From the IMG/VR virus record IMGVR_UViG_3300017432_000006, positions 8,857 through 72,856 of that record: DNA of 64,000 nucleotides; one strand, given 5' to 3'. The translations under genes were made by a program, and so were the position numbers. Below, piece by piece: positions 63,366 through 64,000 of the stretch (position 1 is its first letter; the number at the start of each line of letters is the position of its first letter). The notes under the pieces were generated by a model, which saw only the letters and a list, made by a program, of their open reading frames with translations, did no database searches and was not told where the DNA came from. The stretch is from a virus. Its lineage: Duplodnaviria > Caudoviricetes.

Positions 63366-63716
63366 CTACCGCATCAGTGCGGGGTTGTCAACCTGTCGGA
63401 ACCATCGGGGCTCAGTATCCTGCGGCATGTGAACGTCAGCCACCATCGGGATAACCTTGTCCCTGCGAGGACGCATATCAAGAACACCGACAGTGTTATT
63501 AAGAAACGCATGGAGGTCTCGTCGGTTGGCGGTGCGGTCGTAATCGTAGTACTCCTTACGCCACATGAAGGAAGCAACCTTCTTATCAAGCCACTTGGCG
63601 CGGGACTGCATGATCATGACGGTCTTCTCACGACCATAGGTATCAGGCTTGTGGCTAACCTTGTAGTAGTAGCCCTCAGGCAGCGGGTGAAGGTCCAGAA
63701 TCTCTCGGATGTTCAT
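63366..63716 (-). CDS. Hypothetical protein (116 aa), leaderless
   Basis: ATG 6 nt after the -10 hexamer. Confidence 0.7.
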   Translation of the reverse strand: MNIREILDLHPLPEGYYYKVSHKPDTYGREKTVMIMQSRAKWLDKKVASFMWRKEYYDYDRTANRRDLHAFLNNTVGVLDMRPRRDKVIPMVADVHMPQDTEPRWFRQVDNPALMR

Positions 63717-63722
63717 GTGAGT

Positions 63723-63751
63723 AACCTATCCTATGAGTGGCGGGTTGTCAA
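63723..63751 (-). promoter_or_regulatory. Promoter TTGACA-17-TAGGTT for a leaderless transcript
   Basis: Near-consensus hexamers directly before ATG 63716. Confidence 0.75.
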
Positions 63752-63999
63752 GCGATGTAGCGGTCGAAGGTCATCACGCCTTCACGAATGTTCTTCACTG
63801 TCTGAACCTCCCTGGCGTCCTTACGATTGCACTCTACACAGCGGAAGATGGGCTTACGTCCCTTCCCCTGGCTGTACTCTCGGTGCTCCCCGGTTTGCCC
63901 GCAGCGTGCGTGGTAGCGGGTCTCAGTGCGAGTGTTGACGAACTTCCTAGCACCGCCAACACCCCGTCGGACTGGCTGGTACTGGTAGAACCCACCAGG
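63748..63999 (-). CDS. Hypothetical basic Zn-finger-like protein, 3' part
   Basis: Open frame from the right edge; H..CG...CVEC. Confidence 0.55.
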   Translation of the reverse strand, partial: PGGFYQYQPVRRGVGGARKFVNTRTETRYHARCGQTGEHREYSQGKGRKPIFRCVECNRKDAREVQTVKNIREGVMTFDRYIA

Positions 64000-64000
64000 A

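Noticed and set aside
63198-63938. 246-aa plus-strand ORF (also 53237..53785, 57782..58321 and the long 59315..59917 frame)
   Set aside because: Shadow or alternative frames over genes that have promoter, RBS and family motifs.

Overview
Window from a large lytic siphovirus-type phage of an actinobacterial host. The host call is inferred from Lsr2, the amidase endolysin, actinomycete-type promoters and operators, and a gene order like the large Streptomyces BE/BK-type phages. There are three blocks. (1) 1-39.7 kb, minus strand: virion and lysis genes (tail, tape measure, tail chaperones, head-tail joining genes, a 14.6-kb block of glycan-binding/depolymerase-like proteins, capsid, protease-scaffold, portal, endolysin), then class I ribonucleotide reductase and a GT4 glycosyltransferase. 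(2) 39.8-48.5 kb, plus strand: a ~480-nt structured non-coding stretch, then about 30 small genes including thyX, an Acb1-like 2H phosphoesterase and a stand-alone Xre/MbcA-type antitoxin domain. (3) 48.6-61.3 kb, minus strand: an early, probably terminal-repeat, module of about 40 mini-genes (Lsr2, Fic/Doc) built from repeated cis-elements. These elements are 15 covarying H-type RNA pseudoknots placed just after stop codons, 13 strong sigma70-type promoters, 12 of which carry a helically phased operator (several resembling host-regulator boxes: CRP, ArgR, MtrA/GlnR, DnaA, BldD), and three copies of a three-way-junction 5' leader RNA. Other highlights are the NrdA C-terminal CxxC redox tail encoded as a separate in-frame mini-ORF behind a UGA, and a probable AUA start for the tape measure. 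No tRNA, CRISPR array, integrase or terminase was seen. All protein calls come from reading motifs by eye; no searches were run.
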